Both the position numbers and the translations under genes were made by a program. DNA of 64,000 bases from Candidatus Doudnabacteria bacterium (GTDB taxonomy: Bacteria > Patescibacteriota > Doudnabacteria > UBA920), in assembly GCA_031291995.1 (NCBI GenBank), contig JARLHZ010000025.1, positions 91,965 to 155,964 on the forward strand. The letters run 5' to 3'. This document shows, piece after piece, positions 18,648 to 28,147 of the stretch; the stretch's first letter is position 1; every line of letters starts with the position of its first letter. Under the pieces are notes generated by a model that had not been told where the DNA came from, did no database searches, and saw only the letters and a program-made list of their open reading frames with translations.

Positions 18648-20228
18648 TTATACAAATCCGGGGAAAAAGTCGGTTTTGATGCTGTTCTTGCCGACACCCA
18701 TGTCCGACAGGGTTTTTTCAAAAGCCGCGACCATGCCGTGCGGCCCCGAGAGGTAAAATTTTCGCTCCTTATAATCCGGAACCTGTTCGGCAATCATTTT
18801 AGCGTCAACCGGGCCGACGTGCCCCTGCCACTGTGGAGGGACTTGCGAGGCATCGGTTAAAGTATAAATAACTTTTAAACCCAAATTTTCGACGGCCCGG
18901 TCAAAAATATCCGTGTAGACCACTTCGGAAATATTTTTATTACTGTAAAACATGATAATATCCCTGGGTTGATTCGTGTCAACCAGATATTTTATCATGC
19001 TGCGAAACGGGGTTACGCCGATGCCGCCGGCAATGAACACGCTTTTTTCCGCGGATTTTTTGGGTAAAGTAAAATCCCCGGCTAGCTGGCCGGCCAATAT
19101 TTTGTCGCCCGGTTCCATAGCCAGCATGGATTGTTTGTAACTGCTCGCCGGTTCGTAAAATTTTACGCCCATAATAATTTCCCGTTCCGTCGGCGCGGAA
19201 GCGATGGTAAAATAACGCCGGTTGCCGCGGTTGTCGGTTTTGTCGTGTTCCAGGGTCCATTCAAAATACTGGCCCGCGCGGAAATTCATTGCGGTATCCG
19301 CGGCAAAAACAAAATCATAAATGGTCGGAGCCAGTTTAATTTTTTCTTTTAGTGTCAGAAGCAGCTTTTTTTTGGGGCTGACTATGTAGGCAAAGACATT
19401 CCCGGCCAAAAGTGAGAGTTCCGGTGTGGAATATACCGCGCCCAGGTGGATTTGCGGCGCGAACATAAAACCCACCAGGCCCCCGTAAATTATTTGCAGG
19501 GATTTGGTCGGGGGCGTGGTCAGCGGTTCGGTCAGCATGACAAAGGCGAAAAAGAACAAGGGCGAATCGACAATAATTTTTTGCAAAGATCCGGCCAGTG
19601 GCAAGCCGCGCGCCAAATCAAAGCCTAGAATGGTTACGGTCGCCGCGATAAAAAAGCTAAAGACTAAATCAAATCTCCTGATTTTTCTGACAATTAAAAC
19701 GCCGCCGGCAAACACGAACGGCAGCATCCATAAAGTGCCAACCCACCAGCTGGCCGATTGGTTGATGGTAATGGCGGTTAAGGCTACGGCAAACGCCGCG
19801 GGGTTAAAAATATGTTTGCGGTTTATTGCAAAAATATACTTTGAAGTTTCCGACCAGATCGCGGCCCACGCGACAAAACCGAAATAGGCGGCATCCAGGG
19901 TTTTAATGGGAGTTATAATCAAAGCCAAAATGAGCGCGGTAATATATACCGATTCCACATTGGTCGGAACTTTAAAAATCCAGGCGGAAACTACATTTAC
20001 TATCCAGCATAAAAGTGTAATAAAAAATACGGAGTAAACCAGGCCGACCGGATTGTAAGGTAGAATCCCGAGCAAGCTTAAGGCCACAGCCACAGCCAAA
20101 AGGCCGAGCAGGTAATAGAGAACCAGTCGGTACATGGTTATTTTATTCAGGAAGTTGTCGATGGAATTGAGCATGTGCGGTTCGATTGGCGGGGTGGATT
20201 TTATATATGTTCGGAAAGTATATGCCAA
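18648..20228 (-). CDS. Membrane oxidoreductase: RnfD/NqrB-like polytopic domain fused to FNR-type FAD/NAD(P)-binding reductase domain
   Basis: N-terminal about 300 aa membrane domain with HIFNPAAFA and FVMLTEPLTTPPT (RnfD/NqrB-like FNPA and LTDPVT-like blocks); C-terminal RRYFTIASAP (RxYS FAD motif) and FIAGGIGVTPF (NAD(P) GGxGxxP). Confidence 0.6.
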   Translation of the reverse strand: MAYTFRTYIKSTPPIEPHMLNSIDNFLNKITMYRLVLYYLLGLLAVAVALSLLGILPYNPVGLVYSVFFITLLCWIVNVVSAWIFKVPTNVESVYITALILALIITPIKTLDAAYFGFVAWAAIWSETSKYIFAINRKHIFNPAAFAVALTAITINQSASWWVGTLWMLPFVFAGGVLIVRKIRRFDLVFSFFIAATVTILGFDLARGLPLAGSLQKIIVDSPLFFFAFVMLTEPLTTPPTKSLQIIYGGLVGFMFAPQIHLGAVYSTPELSLLAGNVFAYIVSPKKKLLLTLKEKIKLAPTIYDFVFAADTAMNFRAGQYFEWTLEHDKTDNRGNRRYFTIASAPTEREIIMGVKFYEPASSYKQSMLAMEPGDKILAGQLAGDFTLPKKSAEKSVFIAGGIGVTPFRSMIKYLVDTNQPRDIIMFYSNKNISEVVYTDIFDRAVENLGLKVIYTLTDASQVPPQWQGHVGPVDAKMIAEQVPDYKERKFYLSGPHGMVAAFEKTLSDMGVGKNSIKTDFFPGFV

Positions 20229-20238
20229 ATGTGGCTTG

Positions 20239-20871
20239 TTAGGTTTTGGCCTGTGCCAAGGCCGCGGCCAGGGATTGTTGGAAGGCCTGGCTGGTGTCCG
20301 TTGCGCCCGATACTATGTCCACTGAAGCGGATTGCGCGGCTATGGCTTCCTGTTTTAAGTATGGCATGGCCTGGCCGTTGATATAGCGGGAAGTACTGCG
20401 GTCGCTTGGGTATTGCAAAAATATGACATCCGTAATTTTACCGCCCGAAACCGTGACTTTAACCTGGACATTTCCATAGTACGCGTCGGCCACGGTTCCC
20501 GTGTACTGGCCGTCTGTATATTGCCCTTTTGGAGCGGGAGCCGCGGTTAATGTGGGTGTTGGCTGCGGGGCGGGCGCCGGCTTGGCGGTTAATGTGGGCG
20601 TGGGTTGGGCCGCTTGGCTGGTCGGAGTTGGAGCTGTGGCCGTTGGCGAAGGTGATTGGCTGCGGCCGGCCGGATTGTCGGGCGGATTATTGGATATTGG
20701 CGTTTGGGTGGAAATATTTGAATTCGGAGCCGTTGAAGTTGGAACAATCGCCGCCGGAGAAGTGACGGAGACATCCGCAAAAGCACCGGGGTTTTGACCC
20801 AACCGGTTTTGATAAACGGCGTAAAATGCAAAGCCGCCGATAAAAATTAAAGAATAAATAAATTTTTTCAT
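20239..20871 (-). CDS. Exported FMN-binding-domain protein with Pro/Thr/Ala-rich linker
   Basis: N-terminal TM/signal, PT-rich spacer, C-terminal FMN_bind-like domain with flavinylation-type motif DIVSGATDTSQAF. Confidence 0.65.
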   Translation of the reverse strand: MKKFIYSLIFIGGFAFYAVYQNRLGQNPGAFADVSVTSPAAIVPTSTAPNSNISTQTPISNNPPDNPAGRSQSPSPTATAPTPTSQAAQPTPTLTAKPAPAPQPTPTLTAAPAPKGQYTDGQYTGTVADAYYGNVQVKVTVSGGKITDVIFLQYPSDRSTSRYINGQAMPYLKQEAIAAQSASVDIVSGATDTSQAFQQSLAAALAQAKT

Positions 20872-20877
20872 GGCTGA

Positions 20878-21411
20878 TTACTCGCTGTCGTCGTCATTGT
20901 TACGATCGTTGGCGCCGGTGTATTGGCCGTCTATCCAACCGGCTTCGTTTGAATTGATATTAATTTTGTACCAGCCGTTTTTTGTGGCGGTATAAGCATG
21001 GGTCTCTCCGGGATAAACTTTGCCGATAACCGTGCCTGATATTGATGGCTGGTCTCTGACATTTAAATAACCCGTTGGCGTATTGGATATTTTAATATAT
21101 TTTGGCGCCGTGGTCGCCGCTGGTAACGGTGTTGCCTCTGCCACAGGTGTTGGCGCGGCTGCCGGGCCGGTCGTTGTTGAGGATTTTGCGGCCGGAGGCT
21201 GGGGCGAAACTTCCACCAGCGGTTGAATTTGTGATTCCGGGGATTGGACTGCTGTCCCCAATCCGCTGTCTTTTCCCCGGACATTTTCTTGCGCTTCGAT
21301 GACTTGGCCGGCGTTGAACAGTTTTTTGCTGCCGATTACTAAAATTGCCAGTCCCAGGATGGCAAAAATTAATTTAAGCCATGGAAGTTTTTTGGTGCGA
21401 GTATTTTTCAT
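20878..21411 (-). CDS. Exported SH3b-domain protein
   Basis: Signal/TM, low-complexity linker, C-terminal GYLNVRDQPSISGTVIGKVYPGE...GWYKI...GWI SH3_3-like pattern. Confidence 0.55.
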   Translation of the reverse strand: MKNTRTKKLPWLKLIFAILGLAILVIGSKKLFNAGQVIEAQENVRGKDSGLGTAVQSPESQIQPLVEVSPQPPAAKSSTTTGPAAAPTPVAEATPLPAATTAPKYIKISNTPTGYLNVRDQPSISGTVIGKVYPGETHAYTATKNGWYKININSNEAGWIDGQYTGANDRNNDDDSE

Positions 21412-21455
21412 GATCTTTGAATTTTCAGCTCATTTCCGGCTCGGCAAATTTAAGA

Positions 21456-21860
21456 TTAACTTTGAGCCTGGGATAAAGCGGAGGCCAGGGATTGTTGAAA
21501 AGCCTGGCTGGTCGCCGTGGCGCCCGAAACCCCGTTAACCTGCGCGGTTTGCGCGGCAATGGCTTCCCGTTGCAGGTACGGCATGGCCTGGCCGTTAATG
21601 CTTCTGGAAGTGGAACGGTCGTTGGGATACTGTAAAAAATTTACCCCCGACACTTTGCCGCTCGCAATCGTAACCTGAACCTGGACATTGCCATAATAGG
21701 CGTTTGTCACACCGCCGGTGTAAACGCCATTTTTATAGCTGACATTGGCGTTGGCCGGAGTTATAGTTGGGGCGGTGACCAAATGACCGCCAAAGTGCTG
21801 GTAAAAAATCCCGATTAAAATGGCAATGGCTACCGCGCCGGATAAAAGTATTTTTTTCAT
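21456..21860 (-). CDS. Exported FMN-binding-domain protein
   Basis: Signal peptide plus FMN_bind-like domain; motif NGVSGATATSQAF. Confidence 0.65.
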   Translation of the reverse strand: MKKILLSGAVAIAILIGIFYQHFGGHLVTAPTITPANANVSYKNGVYTGGVTNAYYGNVQVQVTIASGKVSGVNFLQYPNDRSTSRSINGQAMPYLQREAIAAQTAQVNGVSGATATSQAFQQSLASALSQAQS

Positions 21861-21939
21861 AATGTGGTGGTATTTACGCTGATTATATATATATCAGCAT
21901 ACAAACACCACATGAAGTAATTATGAAGCGTAAAATTGG

Positions 21940-23343
21940 CTATTGCGCGGGAACCAATAATTCTAAATGGTAAATATTGTTGTTGCTGGAGTTTAAGCCC
22001 TGATTTTTAATAATCCCCCGGAAGGTATATTTTTGGCGCGCGGCCAGTCCGGCAATATTCTGGCCGGTAACGGGCAAATCATACGGTCCGACCGCCCCGG
22101 CGGATTCGTCGGATATTATGGAATAACCATTCTGCTGTTCCAAAACATAACCGGTAATGGTGACCGTCTGGCCCAGATAATTCCCCGCATGCCTGCTGAC
22201 AGCGCCGACGCTCAAGGCCGGCGTTCCGGGTTTGGATAAAATAATATCCAGCCCGTCCGGGATATTTAATTGTCCATCGGCCGCGCCCGGTTTACGGGTT
22301 ACTCCATATTGCCAAACAATTTTGCCGGTCTGCTTGTTAATGACTATGACCCGATGGTTTAAATCATCATTGGCCAAAATATTCCCGTTAGGCAGTTCAA
22401 TGGCCAGCGATGGATGGTTTAATTTTACGTCCCCGGCCTGCCCGCTGAATTTCCAAATAATTTTTCCCTGTCGGCTAACCTCCACGATTTGTCCGGGATT
22501 GCTGTAATCGGAAATTAAAATATTTCCGGCCCGAGTCAGTTGCGGATCGGACGGGTATTTAACGGGCAAAGGCATGGTAAACACCGGCTGCCAATTTTGG
22601 TCCAGTTCCAGCAGATTCCTGCCCACAATATTACTAATGAAGGTATGTCCGTTAGGCAGAGGCGTGTCGCCATTGGGCTTATCCAGTTGGCTCAGGCCAT
22701 TGCCGCATTTGCCCGTTATGCCGTATTGGCGCACAATATTTTTGCCGGGCGCGATTTCCAAAATCCGGCAATTTTTTATGTCCGCGACGGTAACGTCACC
22801 GTTCGGGAGGCGATATGCGTCGTCCGGAGTGTTCAAATATCCCGTCCCGGCGCCGGGGTGTCCTGCTGTGCCGTAAGACCAGGTGACCTGCTTGCTGGCA
22901 TAATTAATAATCTGAATAACGTGGTATTCTTCCAGGTTGACGATAATGGAGTTGCCGTTGTCGGTAAAGAATGAGTCGTCGGCGCCCAGGCCGGGTTTGG
23001 GAAGACTGAACCGGTATTGCCAAATAATTTTTTTATCCGGCGTGACTTCAATCAGCCGGTTGTTTCCGCGGTCAGCTATCAGGACATTGTAGCCGCCTAA
23101 GGCCGAGGCGTCCTGCGGTTCCCCCTGAATATCCAGAGTGGTTACTGGGACTGATGTCGCGGCGGGAAGTTCCTCGTCGCCGTCAGCCGTTGGATCCTGG
23201 GATTCTTTGTCGCCGTCGCTGGCTCCCGCGCGGGACTGGCTAAACAGGAATGTTTGGTGCCCGCCGCGGGCAAGCAGTACTGTCCCGCCAAATATGACGC
23301 AGGCAAGCCCAATTATTCCGATAATAATATAAAATTTTCGCAT
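21940..23343 (-). CDS. Membrane-anchored beta-propeller repeat protein (NHL/ASST-like repeats)
   Basis: N-terminal TM; at least five repeats of the pattern D..N.R(I/L).E....GK(I/V)(I/V)W(Q/K)(Y/F). Confidence 0.5.
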   Translation of the reverse strand: MRKFYIIIGIIGLACVIFGGTVLLARGGHQTFLFSQSRAGASDGDKESQDPTADGDEELPAATSVPVTTLDIQGEPQDASALGGYNVLIADRGNNRLIEVTPDKKIIWQYRFSLPKPGLGADDSFFTDNGNSIIVNLEEYHVIQIINYASKQVTWSYGTAGHPGAGTGYLNTPDDAYRLPNGDVTVADIKNCRILEIAPGKNIVRQYGITGKCGNGLSQLDKPNGDTPLPNGHTFISNIVGRNLLELDQNWQPVFTMPLPVKYPSDPQLTRAGNILISDYSNPGQIVEVSRQGKIIWKFSGQAGDVKLNHPSLAIELPNGNILANDDLNHRVIVINKQTGKIVWQYGVTRKPGAADGQLNIPDGLDIILSKPGTPALSVGAVSRHAGNYLGQTVTITGYVLEQQNGYSIISDESAGAVGPYDLPVTGQNIAGLAARQKYTFRGIIKNQGLNSSNNNIYHLELLVPAQ

Positions 23344-23353
23344 GCGGCTGAAA

Positions 23354-24376
23354 TTAAAAATTATTTAAAGCCGGCAGGTTTATGGCAATAGTGGTGCCCG
23401 AAGACAGCCGGCTTCTCACGGTTATAAAACCGCCGTGGCCGTCGATTATGGCTTTAACAATCGATAGGCCCAGGCCGGTTCCTTGGCCGTGCTTGGACTG
23501 GTCGGTTTGGTAAAAACGTTCAAAAATAAGCGGCAGGTCACTTTCCGCGATGCCGATTCCGGTATCGGTAATGCTGATTTCCGCCCGGTTTTTGCCGGCG
23601 TTTGCGCCAATCCGCACCCGACCGCCGGGTTTGTTGTATTTGATGGCATTTTCTATAACATTTCCCAAAGCGTGTTCCAGAAAATGGCTGTTACCCAAAA
23701 TTTTTACCGGCGCGATTTCCTCCACGCTTAATTCCACTTGGCGGCTGTGGGAATAATTTTGGAATTTTGCGGCCGTGCCGACTATTAGCTGTTGTAAATC
23801 CAGAGGTAAAAAGTTTTGCCTGAACGTTATGTCTTCGGCTTTGGATAAATCCAGGAGCTGGCTGCTTAAATGGGTCAGGTTGCCTATCTCTTCCAAAACG
23901 CTGTCCAGGGTGTTTTTGACTTCCGGAGCTGCCGGAGTTTTTTGCCGGAGCAGAACCTCAATGTCCGTACGCATTACGGCAAGCGGAGTGCGCAGCTCGT
24001 GCGAAGCATCGGCCACAAAACGTTTTTGGCCTTCCAGAGTTTGCTTGATGGGTTTTAAAGTGTAGCCGGCAAACGAGTAACTGCTGAAAGCGGCAATCAG
24101 CAGTATTGTCCCGTCAATCGCGACGAGCAGCCAGGCCAGCCGTTCATGGGAATCTTCCAAAAAATTTTCTTCCTGCCCGGGTTCCGCCCGGATGTATTCA
24201 TGGAAGGAACGCTGGATTTGTCTTGTGGAAACAATATAAAAACTGATGCTAAAAAGCGTGACGATTACCAAAATAATCGCCATGTACCACAAGGTCAGTT
24301 TTATCCGCGCCCGATGGAAGGCGTCAGAATTCCAGGCGGTAGCCCAGGCCCCGGACGGTTTGGAGGTTTTTACCAT
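23354..24376 (-). CDS. Sensor histidine kinase
   Basis: Two TM, H-box HELRTPLAVM, N/G boxes NAIKYNKPGG, DTGIGI, GTGLGLSIV. Confidence 0.85.
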   Translation of the reverse strand: MVKTSKPSGAWATAWNSDAFHRARIKLTLWYMAIILVIVTLFSISFYIVSTRQIQRSFHEYIRAEPGQEENFLEDSHERLAWLLVAIDGTILLIAAFSSYSFAGYTLKPIKQTLEGQKRFVADASHELRTPLAVMRTDIEVLLRQKTPAAPEVKNTLDSVLEEIGNLTHLSSQLLDLSKAEDITFRQNFLPLDLQQLIVGTAAKFQNYSHSRQVELSVEEIAPVKILGNSHFLEHALGNVIENAIKYNKPGGRVRIGANAGKNRAEISITDTGIGIAESDLPLIFERFYQTDQSKHGQGTGLGLSIVKAIIDGHGGFITVRSRLSSGTTIAINLPALNNF

Positions 24377-24992
24377 AGTCTCCCAGTTTCTTTCTTAAAT
24401 TTTTAATATGCACATCAACTACGTTGCTAAATGAATCAAAGGAGAAATCCCAAACCGCCGCCAGGATTTGGTCCCGGGATAAGACTTGTCCGGGATGGCG
24501 CATAAAATATTCCAGCAGGCGGAGTTCCCTTAAGGTCAGGTTTAGCGGCTGTCCGCCAAGGGTCAGCTGTTTTTTGGCGTTATTTAAAATGAGCGGCCCG
24601 ACCAATAACGATTCCGACTGGGAAGTTTGCGGGCGGCGGGACAGGGCGCGAATCCTCGCCAGGAGCTCGGTAAATTCAAACGGTTTTATCAGGTAGTCGT
24701 CGGCGCCCGAATCCAAGCCCAGCACTTTGTCTTCCGTGGTATCTCTGGATGTCAGCATTAAAACAGGCGTAATAATATTGTCCGCGCGCCAGGCGGCGCA
24801 AACCGCGACGCCGTTTTTCCCCGGCAACATGACGTCCAAAATAACCAAATCATAAATGTCACGGCGGGTTTTGAGCCGGCGTTCCCCCGATTCCCCGTCA
24901 AATAATAAGTCTACCGCGTAGTTTTCCTGCTCCAGCCCGCGCTTGAGGGAATTAGCCAGTTTTGTGTTGTCTTCTATTACCAGGATTTTCAT
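24324..24992 (-). CDS. OmpR-family response regulator
   Basis: Receiver domain (DLVILDVMLPGKNG) plus winged-helix output (LTLRELRLLEYFMRHPGQVLSRDQIL). Confidence 0.85.
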   Translation of the reverse strand: MKILVIEDNTKLANSLKRGLEQENYAVDLLFDGESGERRLKTRRDIYDLVILDVMLPGKNGVAVCAAWRADNIITPVLMLTSRDTTEDKVLGLDSGADDYLIKPFEFTELLARIRALSRRPQTSQSESLLVGPLILNNAKKQLTLGGQPLNLTLRELRLLEYFMRHPGQVLSRDQILAAVWDFSFDSFSNVVDVHIKNLRKKLGDYGKNLQTVRGLGYRLEF

Positions 24993-25100
24993 TGTAATTA
25001 TAATATTATTTTAACATGAAGCGCCCGTGAAGTCTTCCCATAGCCGCCATAAAAAATCGCCCCGCGGGATGATTGTGTAATGGCGGCGGCTTGCCGGCAA

Positions 25101-26585
25101 TTATTTAAGGCCAATGATTATTTTTTCGGCTCGCGCCCGGGAAAAATTGAAGGATTGCCAGGAATGGGCACTTTGGTTGTTTTCCATTTGCATAAATATG
25201 TCGGCGGCTAAAGCGGGCAGGGTGTCTCCCCGCTTGTCGTTTAACTCCGGCATTTCTAGCAGTCGCGAAATTTCCGGGGCGGCGTCGGCCGATAAGGAGT
25301 AAAAATATGTCCCATCCAGCCTGCCGGATTTAGCGAATTGCGCGATGTTTTTTCGCGCGATAAACGCTTCCGGGTTAAACAGGTTAAAGACCGCGAAAAA
25401 AGCCAGCATGGACAAAAATATGCCAAAAATGAACGGCCGTGTTTCCATCCCCCCAATAATTTTATACCCAAGCCACAAAAATACCGCCGCAAGCCAAATT
25501 ATAAAGGCTTGCACTAAAATTCGAAGCAGAGTAAAGCCGTAAGCCTGCTCATAAACACTCAACCTTAAAAAAGCCGATGCCATAATGACCAGGGTTAATA
25601 CTATCAAGCAATTGCTCAAAATTTTAAACCGGCTTGCGTGAGCCCCCGATTTTTTTTCTATATATTTTTCCGCGACAAATATTAGCGCGAAAGTCATTAG
25701 AGCGATAACAACCAATTCTCCAAACCCTTTATGCGCGTATTCCGCGTAGGTGTAGCCCAGCGCGGCAATGGCGCCGTGTCCGCCGAACAGGTAGCGAATT
25801 TGGAACAAGACGAACGCCAGGAACAATACATTCAGCGTTCCGAACAAAATCCCGCCCTCAATATTGCCGAGCACGTAGCCGGAAGTTTCTTCCGGATTCG
25901 GCGCTGTTTCTTTGGAAGTGCTGTTTTCCAAAACATAAACATAAGCCCCCAGCCAAATAAACGCGATAAAAACCGCCCACCAAATTTGGGCTACCGCATC
26001 CGGCGAAAGGTTTACGTTAAGTTTGAATAATCCGGACACAAAATGGTTAAAAGCCAGATCGGCCGAAGACATTAGCACCAAAAATAACAAAGCAATCGGC
26101 AGGGTAATTAAGATGCCCTTGGTAACCTGGGAAGCCTTCCGGTACTCGATTGCGCCTTTTCTCACCGCTAACATCTTTACAATACTGCCAAAAGATTTGC
26201 CCAATATTTTTAACGGCAAGAGAAATGCGGTTTTTAAATAATCGGAAAACAAGCAGCTTTTTATGTTCCGTCCTGCCAAGTGATGCGACAGCAATAACAA
26301 CAGGCCAAAGGTAATAATCAAATTCCAAAACAGCAAAAATCCGCTGTCGCGTACCGCTACCATGCCGGAAAAAAATACTATTGGCACAATATACCATAGC
26401 GCAATCTTATTATAGCTGACTTTAAACGCGCGGAGTAAACTGAACAACATCAGAAGAAGTAAACAAACATAAATAAAAAAAGAAATGCCGACCTGTTTTT
26501 GGAAAAAAAAATAATCGAATATTAATCCGAGCGCCAAAGCCGCTGCCGCCACTGACCACAGGTTTTTTGAAGATAATGTTTGCAT
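25101..26585 (-). CDS. Large polytopic membrane protein of unknown function
   Basis: 494 aa, more than 10 predicted TM helices; upstream and co-directional with the TCS pair. Confidence 0.5.
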   Translation of the reverse strand: MQTLSSKNLWSVAAAALALGLIFDYFFFQKQVGISFFIYVCLLLLMLFSLLRAFKVSYNKIALWYIVPIVFFSGMVAVRDSGFLLFWNLIITFGLLLLLSHHLAGRNIKSCLFSDYLKTAFLLPLKILGKSFGSIVKMLAVRKGAIEYRKASQVTKGILITLPIALLFLVLMSSADLAFNHFVSGLFKLNVNLSPDAVAQIWWAVFIAFIWLGAYVYVLENSTSKETAPNPEETSGYVLGNIEGGILFGTLNVLFLAFVLFQIRYLFGGHGAIAALGYTYAEYAHKGFGELVVIALMTFALIFVAEKYIEKKSGAHASRFKILSNCLIVLTLVIMASAFLRLSVYEQAYGFTLLRILVQAFIIWLAAVFLWLGYKIIGGMETRPFIFGIFLSMLAFFAVFNLFNPEAFIARKNIAQFAKSGRLDGTYFYSLSADAAPEISRLLEMPELNDKRGDTLPALAADIFMQMENNQSAHSWQSFNFSRARAEKIIIGLK

Positions 26586-26626
26586 ATATAAGCATTATAC
26601 GCCCCTAAGGAGCCCAAGTAAAACAT

Positions 26627-26650
26627 CAAAAAAACCACTCTGGGTGGTTT
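26627..26650 (-). terminator. Intrinsic terminator (minus strand)
   Basis: AACCAC-CCAGA-GTGGTT followed by TTTTTTT on the minus strand. Confidence 0.5.
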
Positions 26651-26913
26651 TAGAAATAGTAGATGATATTATTTTTCCGCGAGCACTTTAATTTTTTCCA
26701 GCATCTTGTTCCAGCCGGGGACGAAGTCGTTATAAAATTCTGCCGGAAAATCCACGTGCACAGAACCCCCCGGCTCATAGTAGTCGGCTAAATCTATTTT
26801 GGCTCAGCAATTGCGTTCTTCATTTTCGTTTTTAAATTTTGGAACTTTGAGGCACTTTTTTATAAAGAGTCCATTCTCGCTTGCTTGCGGGCTTATGCTT
26901 ACACCAAAAGCAG

Positions 26914-27882
26914 TTACGCTCCTATCTTCCAAATATTTTTTTCCAAAAATGCTTCTATGGTTTGCCTGTTTGCTTTATTTATTAAATTAGAATGTGAAAG
27001 CTTGTTTTGTTTTGCGTAATCTGCAAGAGTAACAATTTTTTTACCTTCCAAATAAGCCAGCCGTTTATGGTAACTATTAGTAAGCGCCTTCCCGACAATT
27101 CCTTCCATAATTACAGAAGCACCTTTTCGTTGGAATTCTTCAAAGGCGTCATAATATTTTCTTCTGTCAATAAATTTTATATTAATCGGGACAAAACCTT
27201 CTCTAATAAGAAGATAATTATTAATTACCCTGCCAATGCGCCCATTGCCGTCTATGAACGGATGAGTATATTCGAAACTTAGATGTAATTTTGCAATTCG
27301 TTTTATTATACTTTCGTGGCTCGCGGCATTGTATTCTTCAAACATTTTTTCCAGATGCGGTAAAATTTCTTTTGGTCCCGGGGCTATGTGGCTGCCGACG
27401 CGCACGTACTCGTCGTCTTTTCTAAACCGGCCGGCAATTTCGTCGCGAATGTTGGAAATTAACATTTTATGAAGCGATAAAATTACGTCTAGCGTTAATT
27501 CCTGTTCTTTGGATTTTTTTTCAATATATTCCACAACCCGCGCCAAATTTTTGGCTTCAAAAATTTCACGTTCGGAAATAAATCTGTCTAAGTCTATTTG
27601 TAAAAGTATTTTTTCCGTTTCGTCCAAAGTCAACGTGCTGTTTTCTATGGCATTGGAGTTATATACCTGTTCCGGCACTTCTGCTTCCGAGATAAGTTTT
27701 AGCAAGGCCCCTTTGCCTGTGGCGGCCTTATAATATCTTTCCCTAAGGTGATTTATTCGTTTATAGACATTTAATATCTTAGCCATATTAAAAGTATATA
27801 CATATTTCACGGTTTTGTCAACATAACCGTGAAAAATGTATAAAAATCTTAATTTTTCACGGTTTTGAACAAAAACCGCCAA
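26914..27882 (-). CDS. Fic-family protein (class II-like, with inhibitory motif)
   Basis: Active-site HPFIDGNGRIGR; upstream SNAIENST matches (S/T)xxxE(G/N) inhibitory motif. Confidence 0.85.
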   Translation of the reverse strand: MAVFVQNREKLRFLYIFHGYVDKTVKYVYTFNMAKILNVYKRINHLRERYYKAATGKGALLKLISEAEVPEQVYNSNAIENSTLTLDETEKILLQIDLDRFISEREIFEAKNLARVVEYIEKKSKEQELTLDVILSLHKMLISNIRDEIAGRFRKDDEYVRVGSHIAPGPKEILPHLEKMFEEYNAASHESIIKRIAKLHLSFEYTHPFIDGNGRIGRVINNYLLIREGFVPINIKFIDRRKYYDAFEEFQRKGASVIMEGIVGKALTNSYHKRLAYLEGKKIVTLADYAKQNKLSHSNLINKANRQTIEAFLEKNIWKIGA

Positions 27883-28147
27883 AAAGGCGATTTTTTAAGC
27901 GAAATTTTGTAATTTTTATTCAGATGCTCCATCCGTACTAATAAAACAACCCAGCCGTTAAAGAAATTTTCCTATGCGCCACTCTAATGTCAGTCATTTT
28001 GTTGTGGTTTAATTTGCGACGTAGAGCGAGTCCGGCTGCTTGCAGCCGAGCGAGCCGAGGAGCTAATACAGGTTCCTCCGAGGAGCCTTTATTTTTTATC
28101 TGGTTCGTGCGGTATACAAGCAAACTGGGAAAATAGATATTAAAAAA

